Source: Lama glama
Lineage: Eukaryota
Assembly: GCA_028534125.1 (NCBI GenBank)
Contig: CM052816.1
Span: 28,832,001 to 28,896,000, forward strand
Direction: 5' to 3'
DNA: 64,000 nucleotides
Shown here: positions 39,976-54,170 of the stretch, in pieces
Numbering within the stretch: the first letter of the stretch is position 1
Layout: each line of letters opens with the position of its first letter
Notes under the pieces: generated by a model
What the model was told of the DNA's origin: nothing
Database searches by the model: none
The model's input: only the letters and a program-made list of their open reading frames with translations
Position numbers and translations under genes: made by a program

Positions 39976-41229
39976 CACTAATGAGGTAGAACAGGAACCT
40001 CGTCTTCTTTATTCTGTGTGCTGTTCTCTTTTGTTAAGCTCTGCTAAACACATGGTATGGTTATCATTTGCCCTTAAGTACATAGATACCATCACCTAAT
40101 CCTAAAAAGTATAAACCTACAAAGGAAAGAATGATTCTACCTCACTGGTCACAAAAGCACCACTGGCAAATTGAATACTGATTGCCTGCGTCTATAGAAT
40201 GCCGAATGTGAAGGGAAAAGGGTTCTGTGTAGGGATTCTTATGTGACAACAGTGAATATGTACTGGTTTAGTTGTCTTCTAATTTAAAAAAATTCTCTAT
40301 GATAAAATTCACTAATTAAGATTTTGTTTATTCCAAAAAGCACTGACATATTGCCATTTCACGGGTGTCTTACTGCATTTTTTTCCTTACAGTAAGCCTT
40401 GAACTTCATTATTTTATTTCCAATGAAGTTTTCTTCCTGGATTATTTTATACGCACCTTGCCATTATTATATGACAAACCCAAACAGGTTTTTAATTCTT
40501 CGTAAGATACAAAAATATGTTTAATGAAGTCAATCATTGTCATTTCCAGTTGAATTCAGAAGCACCTCAAATACATCTGGGATTCTGCAAGGAGGACACA
40601 GAACTGTCTGTGCTCACGTATGTCAGTGCCCTCAGGGCAGCCTCTGTTTAGCTCACCTTTGTATCTCCATGGAAACTAATTTTTTTACTCCATTTCTAGA
40701 AAATGAATCATGGGGAACACTTATTCTGTTCCCATGGAGATCTGGAAGCCCATATTAATCTTCTCCTTTAAATAAGAGACAAATATACGACTTCCCCCTC
40801 TCTTTTAAAAGGTAAAGGAGCATCCCTAAGTTTTATAGAAATATAAAAATCATTGGCAACTAAAAAATGAAAAATAATGAACATATAAAACAATTAATGA
40901 TGGAATTGTATACTAGAAAAAGTCCTCCCTAAAAGCAATCTTTAAAAAATGAAAATCAGACAAACTACCTAAAAATCATCTGGTTAAAAAAAAAAAAGCA
41001 CGTGTAGTATCAGGTTGATATTGATAGACCAAAAAGTGATAGAGAAGTTACCGTGCAAATGGAAATAAAGAAGCTTTAATCAGAATTTCCTTGAACTACT
41101 GGAAAGTGATAGTTTATTCCTGATGAGATTAGTTCCAGAAAAGAAGTATCCCTTTAGGGAGTAAGTGGTCAAATAGTTAACTGTCTGGGATACACAAGCT
41201 TACATTCTTAGTTTTTCTTTTCTTCTCTG

Positions 41230-42200
41230 ACAACATTATATTTTATTTAATCCAAGTTTTGGCAATCCAAATAAGACTGCTATGGACACTTGTGTACAAG
41301 TCTTGGTATAGACCTACACTTTCTATTTTTTTAGTTTAATACCTAAATGTGAAATACCTGCATCTTATTAGAAATGTATGCTTAACTTTTTAAGTAACTG
41401 TAACACTGGTTCCCAAAATGATTGTACTATTTTATATTCCCAACATCATTGTTAGAGTTCCAACTCCTCCCCATTCTTGGTAACATTTAGTATGATCAGC
41501 CTTTTTTTTTTTTAATTTTAGGTATTTTAGTAGATGTTAAATGGTATCTTTTTTTGGCCTGTTTCATACGTTTTTAAACTGATGTTTGGTGCATATATAT
41601 TTAGAATTGTTTTATCTTCCTGTAGAATGGACACTTTATCACAATGTAATGTCCCTCACTATTTCAGGTAATTTTCTTTGCTTTGAAGGTTATATTGTCT
41701 GATATAAATATGGCTACCCAGCTTAATTTTAATTTGCGTTTGCATGGTATATCTATTATCATTCTATACCTATAAATTACGTATACCTTCTTTTTAAAGG
41801 AGGTTTCTTATAGGCAACATGTAATTGTTCCATGCCATTTTAAAACCCAGTTTCACAATCTCTGTCTTTAAATTGGTGTGTTTAAATCTTGAGTGTTTAA
41901 TATGACTTTTAATATGGTTGATTAGTCTTCCTAGCTGATATCTATTTTTCCATTTTTTTCTTTTTTCTGCCTTCTTTTGAATTAATTAAGCATTTTTAAG
42001 ACTCTAGTGACTTTTATTTATACCATTTAAAAAACTGTCTTTGGTCACTGACCTAGAGTTTACAATATACGTATTTAATTAGAGCATACTTTCAAATACT
42101 ACCTCACATACAGTGTTAAGACCTTATAAAAATATTTCCAATTCCTTCTTATTCTTTGTGTTACTGTTTTTTGATATCTTATATATATGTGTGATAAATA
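41230..42200 (-). mobile_element. Old L1M fragments
   Basis: ctgctatggacacttgtgtacaagtc...ttcccaaaatgattgtactattttatattccca, and gcatatatatttagaattgttttatcttcctg. Confidence 0.8.
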
Positions 42201-45200
42201 CACAAAACATTGATACTATTCAGAGAGTAAACTTTCAGATAAGGCATCTTATCTCTGCCCACATCTGAAAAGAACCCAACACGGCTTTCAGTTACTGAGT
42301 CTTCCCTGGATTGTTTGAAAACTTATTTTCAAACACATACCTAATAATAGGCAGTCAAATAAATACTTTGTAACTTAATACATTAATGTCTTCTTTCCTG
42401 AAAATAAATGTTTTGCAGTTTTTACAGAACTAAGAAAATCCAGGAAATTCTCAAGGCTACATAGTAGTTCACTAAGAAAATATCCATTCTAAAAACAAAG
42501 TATATTTACCCAAACTCCCAGGATGGGTGGGTAGGGGGTGAAGCACAGAGACAGAAAGGGCAAATGAGAGGCAGAGATGGGTTAGTTCAACTTTTACTAA
42601 ATGATAAAGCAGTGTTAACATCTGTCTAAGTAGGGGATTAATATTCAAATTAGTAAGATGAACAGAAAGCTTACATTCAACTTTATGTGTGTATGTTTTT
42701 TCCTGATCAATTTAACTTTCAATTCTTCTGTAAAGGGCAAGTGAAGGAGGGAAAGAAATCCACTTATTATGTATTATTGGTTTTCTGCTACTCATTTTGC
42801 ATTTTAAGATTAAACTAATGTGAACTATTATTTTATATTATTATTTCCACCAAATATTTATTAGGTGCATATAATGTTTCATTCAGCACAAAATATTGCT
42901 AAATACTGTCCACTATGACATGCAGCTCCTACCTGACGACACTATTTCTCATATTGAACACCATTTCGTTGAATTTTGCAAGATTTTTGACATCCATTCT
43001 TTTTGATCCTTTCAACAATCCTATGAAATAAATATTCCATTCAATGGATTTGTAAATCTCAGGTTCAGAGACATTACTGGGTAAGTGATACACTTTAACA
43101 GATGAGAGCACCAAGTCTGATCTCCGCACCCTGCTGTACCTGGGGTATGTATTATTCAACTCATCCCTGATGTACCATTGCTATATCGCACTTGACTCCT
43201 GCTATCCACTATCAGTCATGCAACCAATTAAACCAAAACCATTTTTATCATAAAAAGACAGCAGTTTATTTCCACATACTTAAAGAGATCTCAGTTTAGG
43301 TCTATGTGACTTTCTATACAATGATAACCACTCTTCTTTAATTTCTGGGGAATTAAAATTCCCCACAGAAATTCACTTATCTCCAAGATTAACCATGTTC
43401 TAAGTGAATACAGTCATATGGCTATGATTAATTGGAAAGTTTCAAGCCACAGTCTGACTTGCTTAATCAATATAAGCAAACTGTGTGCAAATGCAATGAG
43501 TATTTCATCTAATACGTGATGGCAACATCAAAAATTAAACTAATGATCTTATAGCATGTCCACTGAGCATATGATCTAATTAAAGCATGTACATTATTAG
43601 TGATGACCTACCTCAGCAGCATTTCAAATGGAGACACCTTATCCATCATGAGAAAATAAAGCTTGTAATGATCTTGAATGACAGCTGTAGTAAACCATTT
43701 ACAAAGTACTAGTGTAACCAGAAATTTTATATTTGGAGAGAGAGAAACAGAGACTATAACTCAAAATTTGTGTAATACTTCCCTTAGCTACATTTGACTA
43801 ACAATAAATAATGCCAAGTTTAGAAGACATATTTCTCACAGTACTGGAATTATTTGGGAGATAGAAGAAATTCTCATTTTTAGAGCAATATGAACTCAGT
43901 TTGTATGATTAAATCTAGATTGTTCCCCGAGGAATATTAAAATCTCTCCTGATAAAACCCTTTTCTACTGATTACCCTTATCAAATTTTTGATTCTTAAA
44001 AATAAATATTTGACCTCTCATTTATGTTTAGAAACAAAAATATAAACTAAATCTCTGAATGAACTTCTCAGCAAAATATGAGAATATACTTTGTTTGTCA
44101 TTTCCCCCAAACTCTCAGTTTTAGCAATTGAAATAATACGTGTTTCTGCTTTTAAAGCCTTAACTATCCTGAAAATACTTCCAAAAATCCAAATGATGAG
44201 TATATATCATTAAGAAAGCAACAGAAGCACTCACTCATGTGCCCTCTAATAAAATACCTGATCCAATAAGAGAATCCAATACAGAAAAGGACTTAGATAA
44301 AATCAGTCTGTAATGGATGGAGAACACTTAAAAACCGGCCATGGTATTTATTTTTTAAAGCCCAAAGGAATTTGTAATGATTTTATTCTTCATGTGTGAA
44401 ACAGCCCTCGCTGTCCATCTTACAAAGCATGGCACTGCTTTGCCTTCAACCAGTTGCCTAAAAGAGAGTGGGGTAGGGAAAGGGGAAGAGCACAAAGAAG
44501 GAGGCTGTTGTAAGAGTAATAAATAAAGGAAGCAGAAAGAGAGAGGGAAAGATGGAAAGAAACAGAATGAGAGATCATTTTAAGAACTTCTTAGGCTTTA
44601 AGCAATTCTTTGTGATCCCTGCCTCCCACATAATATCAAATACCAAAATGTATTCACATCCTTACTAAATACTGTCCTATATAACTAAGAGTAGAGTGTA
44701 TTGCCACTGACTAGGTGAAATTACTCTATTTTGTGCATCTTTAATTACCTTCCATTTTAAATGTAATATTTTCTTTCTGTATTTTGGGACCAATAACTTT
44801 TAGGTCTCCAATATTTTCACAGGCTCTTGAAAAGTGAGGAGAACCAAGGAATCTGTAGAGGCCATGGGATAAAGCAGCCCAGCTAAGGCATAATTTGGCT
44901 ATTGGCCATGAAGCTACTTATCTTTGAGCTGCTCATCTTGGAAAAATGTTCAATGATTTCTACTACTTGTCTTTAAAAGTCTTTAATGGAACTGAATGCA
45001 GATCTCAGAATATCATCAAGGCATACATTTTTAGGGCCTATTTTAGGATATCATATGAGTATGAGTTTAATTTTGAAATTTTACCCAATTCTTTATAATA
45101 AAGACATCCTCAGCATACATGCCTAATACTCGAGTCTGTCTTGACTTCTAGAGCCAACCTCACATAATTCATTCATTTGCATGTAATTCTCTCCATGATC

Positions 45201-45729
45201 CCACTGAAATAGAAAGTACTGTCAGCAATAAGGCTTAAATAAGAAAGACAGAAAATAGAAATACATTTGGAAAATGAAGTAGTTACCACTAATGCAACAA
45301 CTGTATACAAATAATTTGAAATATATATACATATATCACACATATACAAATAATGTTTTAGGATCCATGATCCTGCTCTTAGAGTAAATGATTACCTTTG
45401 TTTGTAAACACCAATAAGTTGTGTTAAATTTTAATTTCCCCTTCCCTAAATAAATGACAGTTTTTTTCATATCTTTTATCTAAGCTTACCAATGGTTTAC
45501 AAAAAAAAAAAATCACTTAAATATCCAGTTTATTTCATCTCTGACCTTTCCCAATCCTGGTACCAGCTTCCCGGGATTCCCAACATGCTCCTCATCTTTG
45601 TTCCACATGGTCCTAACAGTCTCACTTCTCTTCAAACCTTAGTTTGGAGGCCCAGCTTCGCTTCCTGATGAAGACTGACAAAATACATTCTTAACAATCA
45701 CTACTTTTTGACAGATAATAATACCTTAA

Positions 45730-45908
45730 GCTAGGGTTCCCATAAACTTAAATGGCCTCAGGGAGCAGGCAAGTATCACAAACATATGAAGTAACCTGGC
45801 CTAAGACTGAGATCTGAAGAGCCCAAATTCCAAATTACATTTATAACATTTAAAAACATGTTAAAAGCCAAACAAAACTGCTGCAGTCATCAATTTTAAG
45901 ACCCTTGA
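45730..45908 (+). mobile_element. Possible hAT-Charlie MITE relic (MER102-like)
   Basis: aaacttaaatggcctcagggagcaggcaagta...gccaaacaaaac...gacccttg. Confidence 0.45.
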
Positions 45909-46776
45909 GTAACCCTTTATACATTCATTATGGAATTTTTCTTGTATCTAGTAATTATTCAGTAAACAGATGGATAGGCAGATTGGTGGATCAATAAAAG
46001 AATGGTGGAATGACTGGATGAATGACTTTTGATGAGAATAGTTGTTTTTGTCTGAATATAGTCACTTAGAATTAAACAGGTAAATACTTTTTTTTTGGCT
46101 TTGAGTGAGACTAATTCTCACCAGAGGCGTATTGGATGCACAGGTTGGTGAGAGCAAAATAAGCATTTCTCAGAAAAGCAAAAGAAAATCAAAAAGTACC
46201 ATTTCCCAAAACTACTGCCTGAAGAAGACTGTAAAACATTTCAAAACACCTTAGGAATTTCCTCTAAGACCAAGGAACTCATGAATGTATCTAGCTGGAA
46301 GTGCTCATTGTGACCACCAGTCCAAATGTCTAATTTTAGAAAAAAGAAAACTGAGGCACAGAAAAAAAAAACTTTTCCATAAACCATATACATTTAATAG
46401 AACCAATACTATAATTCTGTCTGGGATTCTTTCCAGAGCATCTCACTCTTTAAGGAAGGAGAAAATTTCCTACTCTTGAAGGACGGAAAAATACGTGATT
46501 CTTTTTTTTTTCCATGAGAAATGTACTTTCTTAAAAGTTTAAAGAACACATGATTTTCTAATTAGTACAATAAATTATATCAGTGTTTCAAAAGCTGCTA
46601 CCATTGGATCTTGGGATGTCTTTGGAATTAATCTCAATAATTTGAGAGTTACTAAGTTACATCATAAGAGGTGTTTATGAAAACTATCAACTTTCACACT
46701 ATTTAATTCCCACCATAGCCACTGTGCATATTGCAGATGACCCAGAATAATGTGGGGTTAATCCACCTATAACTTA

Positions 46777-46950
46777 CAGTTGGCCCTCCATATGGCTTCT
46801 CTGCATCAGCAGGTTCAACCAATCATGAACCATGTAGTACTACAATATTTACTACCAAAAAATATCCACCTATAAGTGGCTGTATGAATCACCTATGAAT
46901 GGATAAATCAACCCAAGCAGTTCAAACCTACATTGTTCATGAGTCAATTG
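46777..46950 (-). mobile_element. Tigger-derived MITE (MER8-like)
   Basis: TA-flanked, with termini cagttggccct...gagtcaattg and internal gcagttcaaacctacattgttca. Confidence 0.8.
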
Positions 46951-46959
46951 TATTTCATT

Positions 46960-47360
46960 AGTGGACCCTGATGAACCATATCTCCTGGTATTCATGCCTT
47001 GATAAGCCATTCCAAACGGTGACTCAAGCCTGATCATATGACTTGCACTGACCAATGGTACTGCAGTAAGCTTGAATGCAAACAAAGACAAACTTGGAGC
47101 AGGTTCTCCTGAAACTCTCTCTCAGAGCCCACTGATGCTCTAAGGAAGTCAATGCTGGACCACAGCAAAAAGAGAGTGAGGCCATATACCGGAGCACTGA
47201 GAAACCAGACAGGTGAATGACTAGCTCCTCAGGTCCCTAGCTGAGTCCTGTTCAAATTAAAGATGCACAATATTGTAGGAACTAGTGACTTGTAGCTTTA
47301 AGAACTTAAGCCACTAAGCTCTAAAATGATTTATTACACAGAAATAAATATATATCTAAT
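46960..47360 (+). mobile_element. MLT1 LTR
   Basis: ctcctggtattcatgcctt...catatgacttgcactgaccaatgg...ttaagccactaag...ttattacacagaaata. Confidence 0.75.
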
Positions 47361-47654
47361 CAAAAATGGGTAGAAGTATTAATGAGAAAATAAATCTAAG
47401 GCTTGAGGGATGGGAATAGGTAAATGGATAACATAAATACATGCCAAAAGACTACTTGGTAGACACATGTCAGCATCTTTAAGAGAAGCTACATCACCCA
47501 AGTATCAAGGCTATACTGAAGAGCATAAGATTATCAGAAAGAATAGGGAACAAAAGAAATTGCAATAACATTAAAATCATATGACTTTAAATGATTTTCA
47601 CGTTAAATATAATAAAGATTAAGTATAACAAAGTCTTTCGATAACTTTATAGTA

Positions 47655-47790
47655 TAATACCTCATTTCCCCCTCACTATACAGATGAGGAAATGGAGTTC
47701 TGTAAGAATTAAGCAACTTGCCTCAGGTCTCTTGGGTATTTAAAGGATGAGACTCCAATACAGTGGTTGCCTGGATAAAGATCAGAGATT
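47655..47790 (-). mobile_element. MIR relic
   Basis: tacagatgaggaaatggag...ttaagcaacttgcctcaggtc. Confidence 0.7.
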
Positions 47791-48029
47791 TCTTACTTTC
47801 TACTAGATAGATGAATGAGCCCATATCCCCTAAATTAGTATTCCTCTTAGCAAATGGCATTCAACTTTTGTGAAAGTGTCAATATATCATATGAAAGAAA
47901 TATTAGGTTTGGGGGATCAAATTGATTCCAGTGATATTATATCATTTTCATACTGGAGCATTAGTAAACATCACTTTTTCTATTTTTAAAATGTTAAAGG
48001 TTGTTTCCTTTGTGTTTTTTTTCAAATAA

Positions 48030-49875
48030 ATTTTTTATTAATATTTTTTTCTAGCAGTCTAAGGTTCACAGCTTGACTGATTGAAAAAAAGTTGAGGGGA
48101 AGGTACAGGAATTTTCTACCTATCCCTTGTCCCCACATATACACACCCTCCCCATTTTCAACATCCTCAAAGTGGTATATTTGTTACAATTGATGAACCT
48201 ACACTGACACATCATTATCACCCAAAGTCCATAGTTTCATATCAGAGTTCATTCTTAGTGGTAAACATTCAATAGATTTGGGACAAATGTACAATGACCC
48301 ATATACATTATTACGGTATCATACAGAGTATTTTAACTGCCCTAAAAATCCTCTACACTCTAGTTACTCATCTCACTACCCCCTCATCCCAAACTGTGGC
48401 AACCAATAATCTTTTTATTATCTCCATAGTTTTTCCTTTTCCAGAATGTCATCTAGTTGGAATCATATAGTATGTAGCCTTTTCAGATTGGCTTCTTTCA
48501 CTTAGTAATATGCATTTATGGTTTCTCCATGTCTTTTCATAGCTAGATAGCTCATTTCCTCTTAGTGCTTAATAGTATTCAATTGTATGGATATACCATG
48601 ATTTATTTATCTGTTCACCTACTGAAGGACAGCTTGGTACTTCCAAGTTTTGGCAGTTTTGAATGAAGGTGTTATTAATATCTGTGTTCAGGTTTTTGTG
48701 TGGATATGTTATCAAATTCTTGGTGTAAATACCAATGAGCATGACTGCTGGATTGTATGGCAAGAATATGTTTTGTTTTGTAAGGAACTGTCAACCTCTC
48801 TTCCAAAATGGCTGTACTATTTTGCACTCCCACTAGCAAGGTATGAGAGTTCTTGCTGCTCCACATTCTCACCAACATTTGATGTTGTCAGTATTCCAGA
48901 TTTTGACAATTCTAAAAAGTGTATAATGGTATCTCACTGTTGTTTTAATCTCCAATTCCCTGATGACATATGATGTGAAACATCTTTTTACATACATATT
49001 TGTCATTTGTCTGTCTTCTTTAGTGAAATGTCTGTTAAGGTCTTTGGCTTATTTTTTAATCAGGTTGTTTGTTTCCTTTTTGTTGAATTTAAAGAATTCT
49101 TTGTATGTTTTCAATATCAGTTCTTTATCAGATGTGTCTTTGGCAAATATTTTTCCCCAGTCTGTATCTTGTCTTCTAATTCTCTTGAAATTGTCTTTCA
49201 CAGAGCAGAAGTTTTTAATTTTAATGAAGTCCATTTAAACAATTATTTCTTTCATGGATTGTGTCCCTGATGGTGTATCTAAAAAGGCATCACAACACCC
49301 ATGGTCATCTAGGTTTTCTTTTATGTTATCTTCTAGAAGTTTGATAGCTTTGCATTGTACAGGTAGGTCTTCAATACATTTTGAGTTAATTTTTTGTGAA
49401 GGGTGTAAGATCTCCATCCAGATTCACTTTTTTGCATGTGGATTTCTAGTTGTTCAAGCACATTTGTTGAAAAGAACATCTTTGCTCCAGGATATTGCCT
49501 TTTCTCCTTTGTCAAAGGTCAGTTGATTATATATTATGTGGATCTATTTCCGGGCTCTCTATTCTGTTTTATTAATCTATCTGTCTATTCTTTCACTGAT
49601 ACCACACTGTTTTAATTGCTGTAGCTGTATAGTAAGTCTTGAAATTGGATAGCATCCTCCAACTTTGCCCTTCTCCTTTAATACTGTATTGGCTATTCTG
49701 GGCCTTTTGCTTTACCATATAAACTTTTAAATCAGTTTGGGATTGTTTTAAACATGTTTGTTTTAGAGGTTTTGGGGTTTGGGCTTTTTTTTTTTTTTGA
49801 CTTTACCTCCCTAGGTAAGTGTATTCCTAGTTATTTTATTCCTTTTTGATGTAACTGTAAATGGGATTATTTTTA
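48030..49875 (-). mobile_element. L1MC1-like element (3' UTR plus degenerate ORF2 3' part)
   Basis: Minus-strand peptides MDFIKIKNFCSVKD...DWGKIFAKDTSDKEL, KINSKCIEDL and PYNPAVMLIGIY. 3' UTR reads agcagtctaaggttcacagc. Confidence 0.93.
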
Positions 49876-49877
49876 AC

Positions 49878-50058
49878 CTCAGTTCTAATGACATTTTGGG
49901 ACAGATTGTTTTGGGGGACAGTCTTTGTTGTGGGGGAGTCCTGCATTGTAGGATGTGCAGTAGCTTGCACCTCTTCCCCAGTTGTGACAACCCAAGATGT
50001 CTCCAGACACGCCAAGTATCTCCTTGGGAACAATACTGCTCCAGTTCAAAACTACTGG
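49878..50058 (-). mobile_element. MER20 (hAT-Charlie)
   Basis: tctttgttgtggggg...tcctgcattgtaggatg...ccccagttgtgacaacccaagatgtctccagaca. Confidence 0.85.
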
Positions 50059-50161
50059 TATAAAATGACAATTTCATCATTATTGGAAGGGGAAATGGAA
50101 CATTTAAAAAATTCCTTGAATTCTGGTTATTTTCTGCAAAAATTAATTATATATAGCATTA

Positions 50162-50331
50162 CAGTCAGCTCTCCATACGTGGCAAGTTCCACATTAACTG
50201 ATTCAACAGAACCTGTGAATTCCAAGGACCGATTGCACTACACCACTTTATATAAGTGACTGAGCACTTGTGGATTTTGGTAACCATAAGGGTCTTGGAA
50301 CCAGTCTGTCACAGCTACCAAGGGATAACTG
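50162..50331. mobile_element. Tigger-derived MITE (MER2-like)
   Basis: cagtcagctctccata...gagcacttgtggattttggta...ggaaccagtc...accaagggataactg. Confidence 0.75.
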
Positions 50332-50569
50332 CATAAGGATTATGTAACATATACAATGCTCAGCTTAGTAGTTTGTACAAAACACATTACTTTAGAAAGC
50401 TAGGACTGTGTCTCACAATACCTAAAGATATAAAAAATATGTAATAATATATTTAGGGTATGCCAATAAATAATAAAAGTATTTAAATCTGCACAAAATT
50501 TAAATTACTCATGTTTCTTAATAATAATTTTATATGATTATGAACTTATAGGCATTTTTCTGAACTTAT

Positions 50570-50760
50570 TTTACATTTATCATCATATTTCATCAGCAGA
50601 ATAATCTGACGAGTTGGGTATATTATTGCCCTCATCTTAAATATGCTGGGAACGAGGTGCAGAGAGGTTAAGTAACGTGTCTCGTACTGACAATAGGTAA
50701 GGGACACAGCCAGGATTCAAACTGAAGTAGTCAGTCTCTAGGGTCTGAGCTTTCCCTATT
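50570..50760 (-). mobile_element. MIR SINE
   Basis: gaggtgcagagaggttaagtaac...gccaggattcaaac. Confidence 0.8.
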
Positions 50761-51985
50761 TGCTATATTTAAGGGATGAAGTTTAATAATAAAAAAAATG
50801 CTCTAAATTCTTGGTTACAAGGATTTCTAGATGTGATAGACTTTATTGAATTAGTCACTGTTTCTCTTCAGGGTTCTTTAAATGCTTGTTAATAACTCTT
50901 TTTAAAAGGATGAAACAGAGTTCAGTTTAAGATCATTTTGTTCTGTACTTAATAAGCTGAATAATGTTCATAATAATGAGACATTGGATTATATGTGTGT
51001 ATATTTAAAATGTCCCAGGAGGAATTTAGTATAGAATTTATAAAATATTTTCTGACAGCAATGATTCTTCACTGGCAAAAAGAATTTCCAAAACTGGAAA
51101 AATGATAAAACAGACAGCAAAATAATTTAGCAGTATAACTACCTAATGGGATTTAGGTCATTAAATGTAATTTATCAATGAAAAGTCACTATTTAAAGTT
51201 GTTGGAAACAGGGAAAAGATTACTAGACGATATAGAGTAGGTACAAATAAAGGAGAAGAGAAGATAAAATTTTTATTTATATTCTCTGTCCTAAAGATCA
51301 ACTGTGATATTAGTTACAAATTAATATATAAAAAGTATAAGGTATACATATTGCTACAGAACTTAGAGCTCAAAATTTCAAATAAGTGATCATGAACCTG
51401 ACCTGACGTAGGAAGGTTATGAGGCAAATATGAGAGATATTTCACTGGGGGAGACAGTAAGGACACAGGCATAAATTTGGTAAGCAGAAACAGAAACATG
51501 TATTAGTGTTCATACAGTTAGAAGTATTTATGTCTACATATACATGCACACAAATTTACATATGCGTTCATACACATTTTTTTGTCTGACCTACTTTACT
51601 ACCTCTTTGTTTTTTACGACCTATAAATCCATTGATTAGGCCCAGAAAAATCTGTCTTTCTAAATATAGTAGTATAGTTACAGTCTTAGCATGATCTTTT
51701 CTCCCAAATTACATACTGAAACCTCTAGCTTAGGAGCAGATACAGAGATTATCCAGAACCCAAATGTGGGTCATTAATGTTTAATTTGGAAAAGCCATAT
51801 GTTGCATTCAAACAGCATGTGAAATGTTGTTAGAAGTTCTTCTCTTTGTCAAGTTCTTGTTTTTCTTCATATATGTAAAACACACACTGAAAAATAATTA
51901 AGGAAAGAAGCCTAGATTATAAGAAACAGACAATTATTTAGTGTTTTCCCAAAGTTTTGCAGTCTACTAAAAACATAATTTGACA

Positions 51986-52631
51986 TCCACAAATGACAAA
52001 TGCTGGAGAGGCTGTGGAGAAAGGGAAACCCTCCTACACTGCTGGTGGGAATGCAGTTTGGTACAGCCACTATGGAAAACAGTATGGACATTCCTCAAAA
52101 GACTAGGAAGAGACTCACCATATGACCCAGGAATCCCGCTCCTGGGCATATATCCAGAAGGAACCCTACTTCAGGATGACACCTGCACCCCAATGTTCAT
52201 AGCAGCACTATTTATAATAGCCAAGACATGGAAACAGCCTAAAATGTCCATCAACGGATGACTGGATAAAGAAGAGGTGGTCTATTTATACAATGGAATA
52301 CTACTCAGCCATAAAAACCGACAACATAACACCATTTGCAGCAACATGGATGCTCCTGGAGAATGTCATTCTAAGTGAAGTAAGCCAGAAAGAGAAAGAA
52401 AAATATTATGAGATCACTCATATGTGGAATTAAAAAAAAAACACACAAACAAAGCATAAATTCAAAACAGAAATAGACTCATAGACATAGAATACAAACT
52501 TGTGGTTGCAAAGGGGGCATAGGGTGGGAAGGGATAGAGTGGGATTTCAATATATATATATATAAATTATATCTATCTATCTATCTATATATAATATATA
52601 TATATATATCTCAATAACAAATTTTTAAAAA
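51986..52631 (+). mobile_element. Short 5'-truncated young LINE-1 (ORF2 C-terminus and 3' UTR)
   Basis: [34 protein letters not shown] is the ORF2 cysteine-rich domain. Closely similar to the 36905-38659 copy. Confidence 0.96.
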
Positions 52632-52894
52632 GTACATTATAAATGGAGAAGTGTACTATAGCCATAGAAGTTTTTGACAGGAAAATTTTAAGCTGTAGAA
52701 AGAGGTTAGCTAGGCTGACTGAAATGAATAGGCTTACTTGGTAAGGATGAGTCAACAGAAGGACTTTCTCAAGTGAGGCATCAGTATTCTACATGAAGTA
52801 TATAAGGAATACTAAAGAACAATTTTAGACTTGTAAAACCCTTGTTCATTGTGAACATTGTAAAAGATCAATATTAGAAGTCATAAATCTTAGA

Positions 52895-53340
52895 TTTCAT
52901 GCACTGTGTACTGAATGCTTACTTGGTGTCAGGCATCAATCTAGAGGCTAGGAATACAGAATAAATTAGAGAAAGAGAAGAGGGTCTGCAGGAAGTGAGA
53001 GAGGGAGAGAGAGATATAAAGAGAGAATCTCTGGCTCATAAGTTCTATGGAAGATAAAGGAACAAAGAGGTGAGAGAGTGCTTAGAGTAGAGTGTGTATC
53101 ATTTTAAATGTCCTAACAACCATCTCCTGGCTAGTGATATTTGGGCAAAGATCTGAAGATGGTGAGGGAAGAAGCCATGTAAATAATTCAGGAAAAAAAT
53201 TCCAAACAGAGGGAAGAACAAATGTAACATCTCCCGTGCAAGAATTATCTGCTGTGTTCTATAAACACCAAATAGACCAGAACAATTGGAGAGTAGTTTG
53301 CAAGAGGCTGAAAGGTTACTGATGAAACAAGACAGTGGAA
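52895..53340 (-). mobile_element. L2 relic
   Basis: tactgaatgcttacttggtgtcaggca...gtgatatttgggcaaagatctgaagatggtgagggaagaagccatgt...ttccaaacagagggaa. Confidence 0.75.
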
Positions 53341-53354
53341 AAGCCAGGGCAAAA

Positions 53355-53356
<2 letters not shown>

Positions 53357-53390
<34 letters not shown>

Positions 53391-53421
53391 ATATATAAAA
53401 AATAAACGTGTGTGTGTGTGT
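53357..53421. repeat. (AC)16 and (GT)7 microsatellites in inverted arrangement
   Basis: Directly visible. Confidence 0.95.
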
Positions 53422-53734
53422 ACATATTACATATGAGTTACTGTGTGTATGAACAATTAAAAAAGACACCAGGAAAGTTGTAGAATTGAGCTGAGACCTT
53501 AAGAATTAAGGTAGATGAAGGTTCCTGGAAGAAAGAAGACATTCCAGGTTGAAGGAGTTATAAAGCAAATGGAAAGTGACAAAGAAAAAATTAAATGGAT
53601 GGTCCAAAAGGCAAATTTGACTGGAGGATTGGATATGCATACTGAGGACTCATGTTAAATGATGCCATGGTAGAGAGTTGACAATTCATTTATTAATGGG
53701 AATCCCTTTACATTTGAGGAGAAGTAACTTAATG

Positions 53735-54170
53735 TGTAATTTAGAATGCATTTGCAACCAATAACAATACACCCAATGAACAGTAGCTTATGCCACAGAG
53801 CATTTATTGTTTACTTAAGAAGCTTAAAAAGCAGGCATTCCCCAGCCATAGTATTCTTCTCCTCTATCTTCCTCAGTGTGGTAACATTTGTCATGTGGCA
53901 TCATATCCTCACACATCAGAACAGTAAACTCCTCTTTATGCAGCTCTCCTTTTCTCAGTTTCAAGCATAAGTTTGATTATACGTCTTTGGCCAAAACTGG
54001 GCCCCATGCCCACCCTCGACCAATCACTGGCAAAGAAGAACAGGTTGCCATTATTAGACCACACCTAAGGTGATTTAGATCCTGCAATGGTCACTTCGCT
54101 AATCTTAATCACATTCCTAGTAGCAAGGAAAAAGAAGCAATGACTATTGAGTAGACAACCAACAGAATAA
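53735..54170 (-). mobile_element. Old MLT1 LTR
   Basis: ttggccaaaactgggccccatgcccaccctcgaccaatcactggcaaag...agcaaggaaaaagaagcaatgactattgagtagacaacc. Confidence 0.7.

Noticed and set aside
18034..40019. Similar motif cgtcttct(t)tattctgtgt at about 18034 and 40001
   Set aside because: Short, pyrimidine-rich and without flanking similarity. Probably chance.
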